The notes below the pieces were generated by a model. The model saw only the letters and a program-made list of their open reading frames with translations. It was not told the DNA's origin and ran no database searches. A stretch of DNA of 64,000 nucleotides from Okamejei kenojei (Eukaryota): contig CM069163.1 of assembly GCA_035221665.1 (NCBI GenBank), forward strand, positions 22,382,001 to 22,446,000. Direction: 5' to 3'. Made by a program: the position numbers and the translations under genes. This document shows, in pieces, positions 60,295 to 64,000 of the stretch (positions are counted from its first letter, which is position 1; each line of letters begins with the position of its first letter).

Positions 60295-61941
60295 CAGTGC
60301 CCTCCATAATGTTAGGGACAAAGACCCATTATTTATTTATTTGCCTCTGTACTCCACAATTTGAGATTTGTAATAGAAAAAAAGGATATGTGGTTAAAGT
60401 GCACATTGTCAGATTTTAATAAAGGCCATTTTTATACATTTTGGTTTCACCATGTAAAAATTACAGCAATGTTTATACATTGTCCCCCCATTTCAGGGCA
60501 CCATAATGTTTGGGTCACATAAATGTCATGTAAATGAAAGTAGTCATGTTTAGTTTTTTTTGTTGTATATCCTTTGCATGTAATGACTGCTTGAATTCTG
60601 CAATTCAAGGACATCACCAGCTGCTGGGTGTCTTCTCTGGTGATGCTCTACCAGGCCTGTATTGCAGCCAAATTCAGCTTATGCTTGTTTTGGTGGCTAG
60701 CCCCCTTCAGTTTTCTCTTCAGCATATAAAAGCCATGCTCAATTTGGTTCAGATTGGGTGATTGTCTTGGCCACTCATGAATTGACCATTTTTTAGCTTT
60801 GAAAAACTCCTTTGTTGCTTTAGCAGTACATTTGGGATCATTGTCTTGCTGTAGAATGAACCGCCGGCCAATAAGTTTTGAGGCATTTGTTTGAACTTGA
60901 GCAGATAGGATGTGTCTATACACTTCAGAATTCATTATGCTATTACCATCAGCAGTTGTATCATCAGTGAGATACGTGAGCCAGTACCTTCAGCAGCCAT
61001 ACATGCCCAGGCCATAACAGCCCCACCACTGTTTCACAGATGAGGTGGTATGCTTTGGATCTTGGGCAGTTCCTTCTCTCCTCCATACATTGCTCTTGCC
61101 ATCACTCTGATATGTTAATTTTCGTCTCATCTGTCCACAATACCTTTTTTTCTAGAACTGTGGTTGCTCTTTATAAGTATTTCTTGGCAAACTGTAACCT
61201 GACCATCCTATTTTTACGGCTAACCAGTGATTTGCGTCTTGCAGTGCAGCCTCTGTATTTCTGTTCACAAAGTCTTCTATGGATAGTGGTCATTGACAAA
61301 TTCACATCTGAAGAGATTTTCTGATCTGTCAGACAGGTGTTTGGGTATTTTTCTTTATAATAGAGAAAATTCTGCTGTCATCAATTGTGGAGGTCTTCCT
61401 TGGCCTGCCACTCCCTTTGCGATTGGTAACCTCACCAGCGCTCTCTTTCTTCATAATGATGTTCCAAAAGTTGATTTTGGTAAGCCTAAGGTTTGGCTGA
61501 TGTCTCTAACAGTTGTATTCTTGTTTCTCAGTCTCATAATGACTTCTGTGACTTTCACTGGCACAACTTGGTCTTGTGTTAACAGTAATAAAAGTTTCCA
61601 AGGGTGATGGAAAGACTGGAGGAAAGACTAGGTGGCTGAGAGCTCTCTTATACCTGCATTAAGAAGGCAATGAAACACACCTGAGCAATTACAAACACCA
61701 TGGAAGCCATGTGTCTTAAACATTATGGTGCCCTGAGATGGGGGGGGGGGGGGCTTATGTATAAACACAGCTGTAACCTCCACATGATGAAACCAAAGTG
61801 TATGAAAATGGCCTTTATTAAAACCTGACAATGTGCACTTTAACCATGAATGATTTTTTTTCTATTACAAATCTCAAATTGTGGAGTAGAGGCAAATAAA
61901 TAAATGGTGGGTCTTTGTCCCAAACATTATGGAGGGCACTG
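60295..61941 (-). mobile_element. Full-length decayed Tc1 transposon (IR/DR type)
   Basis: About 225-bp TIRs starting cagtgccctccataatgtt; inner direct repeat gcaccataatgttt; TA on the right flank (61942-61943), AA on the left; 1647 bp. Confidence 0.92.
60560..61560 (-). pseudogene. Tc1 DD34E transposase, frameshifted
   Basis: GSGRPRKT motif, VLWTDETKIN (D1), QQDNDPK (D2), SPNLNQIE (E) with exactly 34 residues between D2 and E; broken by indels and stops. Confidence 0.9.
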
Positions 61942-62744
61942 TATGAGAATAACATGGTACCATTTTTATTTTTCAATAAAGAGGGTATTCATCTCCCCTT
62001 TCAAGGTTGTTTTTCAATTTTTTTTTCTCTTTTTAAGAGTAAAGAAGATCTCATCTCTTGAGCATTGCACAATGTGTTACAGGGATGGGGACTCTGATTC
62101 CGGATGTTTGGCTGCTGTAAAATGGGAGTGAACTTTTTTATCGCTTAGTAGAGGGAACAAGCTGCAACAAAACATCAGTTTTACTTTGAACTGCAAACAC
62201 TTTGTCTTTTGGTGATTCGAAGCTGTGAAAATCTGCAAGATTTGTATTTGCGTTCCAAAGTGTCTAACCAATATATTATAAGACAATATCTTGTTCCAAG
62301 CCAAATAAGGATTTATTAATAAAGCTGACCAAAACCTTGGTCAAAGAAATAAATGGACGTTGGAAAATATCTGAAAGCTGCACAGTCAGACAAATTTAGG
62401 GAGGGAATTCGAGGACTCATTAATTTTTTATCCTTTCAGCTGAAGTGTAAGAGGTATTAAATAGTGTTGTCTTCGAACTTTGGTACGCAAGAGAACTTGC
62501 GCCAGGAATGCTTTGGAATGCTTTAAATCTAGTGCTAATAAAATCATCGGTGAAACTTTTTAACAGTAAATGGGCTGAGGTCAGATTGAGTTGGGTAAAT
62601 TTAAGAGGAAAGTTTGGACATAAAATGACTTACGGTTGCGGTTCAAGACTTTGCAAGGCTGTATTCTTAACCCTTTACTGTATTCCCTATACATGTGACT
62701 CTGCAACCAAAATATGTTCCAATTCATTTAAAGTTTGCAGAGTG

Positions 62745-63165
62745 GGCTGGATTACAAATAATAACGAGGCAGAGTGCGGGAAGGAGATTGAGAGCTAAGC
62801 AGCATGATGTTAAGCAAACAAACTGTCCCTCAATGTCAGAATAACAAAGTAGCTGGTCATGGATTTAAGGAAGCTGGGTGGAGTACTTGGGGTGTGGAAT
62901 CTGACGTTTGGCCATAACAAAGTAGATTGGGGGATGAAGAATTCATCTTTGCTTGCAAGAGGATTATTGAATTCTTACTCTCCCAATTCACCTCATTGTA
63001 GTACTTGAACTGATTTATCTACACTTTCTCTGTAGCTGTAACATGATGTACTATATTGTTTTTCTTTTTTGCATTGCCTCGATGTATGGACTTGTATATG
63101 GCCTGATCTGCCAGGATGGAACACAAAACGTTTTTCGCTGTATTGCGGTACACATGACCATAATA
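62745..63165 (+). mobile_element. Rex1/Babar LINE fragments
   Basis: ITNNNEAECGKEIES...LSLNV...LVMDLRK-like remnant and ggtacacatgaccataat tail. Confidence 0.6.
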
Positions 63166-63219
63166 ATGAGCATGTCACTGTGAGCTAGTGAATTCAACAA
63201 GTGTTAATAACAATGTGTG

Positions 63220-64000
63220 TGAAGAAGGGTCCCAACCCAAAACATCGCCGACAATGTCCTCCAGACCTCCTGCTGCGACTCCATCCAAGATATTTCCTCC
63301 CTCGACTCCGTCCAAGGACCCTGACAGTCTTTTCAGGTGAAGCAGAGGTCACTTGCACCTCCTCCAACCTCATCTACTGTTCCAGGAGTGGACTCCTATA
63401 TATCAGCGAGACCAAGCGCAGGCACGGTGATCATTTCGCTGAACACCTCCGCTCAGTCTGTCTAAACCTGCCTGATCTCCTGGTCGCTAAACATTTTCAC
63501 TCCCCCTACCATTCCCACACTGACCTTTCTGTCCTGGGCCGCCTCCATTGTCAGAGTGCCGCGCAGCGCAAAATTGGAGGAACAGCATCTCATATTTCGC
63601 TTGGGAGCCTTACACCCCAGCGGTATGAACATTGACTTCTTTAACTTGAAGTAACCCTCTGTCTCCCTCTCCCCCCCCCTCTCTTTCCACTTTATCTGTT
63701 TCCTTTGTTGTCACCTTCTCCTAGCTAACAATGATCAATTCTATTTTTTCCTTGGTCTACGCCTCTTTTGAAGTCTCGTTTTCACACCTTACTCTTCCTT
63801 ATCTTCGTGTCTCCCTCTCCCCTGACTCTCACTCTGAAGAAGGATCTCGACCCGAAGCGTCACCCATTCCTTCTATCCAGAGATGCTGCCTGTCCCGCTG
63901 AGTTACTTCAGCATTTTTTGTGTTCTCCAGACATATTGCCTAAACTGCTGAGTTACTCCAACACTTTGTGTTCCACACAAGATTCCAGCATCTGCAGTTC
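63220..64000 (+). mobile_element. Penelope-like element 3' part: GIY-YIG endonuclease remnant plus terminal repeat
   Basis: TCTSSNLIYC..SGLLYISETKRRHGDHFAEHLRSV...HFHSPYHSHTDLSVLG, then EEQHLIFRLGSL in a shifted frame; hammerhead-like core at 63834-63861. Confidence 0.88.

Larger units (their letters stand above)
27068..64000 (+). other. ABL1: ABL1 intron 1 (continues beyond the window)
   Basis: Donor at 27068. No exon 1a (MLEICLKLVGC...) or exon 2 (EALQRP...) recognised downstream; a long first intron is typical for ABL1. Confidence 0.75.

Overview
Repeat-rich vertebrate genomic DNA. The repeat families (HE1-like SINEs, CR1/HER1, Rex1/Babar, Penelope) point to a cartilaginous fish, probably a skate or ray; this is an inference. 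Two protein-coding genes lie on the + strand: the last four coding exons of FIBCD1 (fibrinogen-related domain, 37-11396), and the CpG-rich promoter plus myristoylated exon 1b of ABL1 (ATG at 26935), followed by at least 37 kb of ABL1 intron 1. FIBCD1 and ABL1 are head-to-tail here, whereas in human they are tail-to-tail with QRFP between them. The rest is transposon-derived: Penelope fragments with GIY-YIG remnants and repeated minimal hammerhead-ribozyme motifs, three non-autonomous Helitrons, hAT and PIF/Harbinger MITEs, a full-length decayed Tc1 (DD34E), CR1/RTE/L2/Rex-Babar/L1 LINE fragments (some nested), a solo LTR carrying a CTCF site, and several near-perfect short hairpins. Splice sites, TSDs and TIRs were counted to the base; boundaries of old repeats are approximate. 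Family assignments come from recalled motifs, not database searches.
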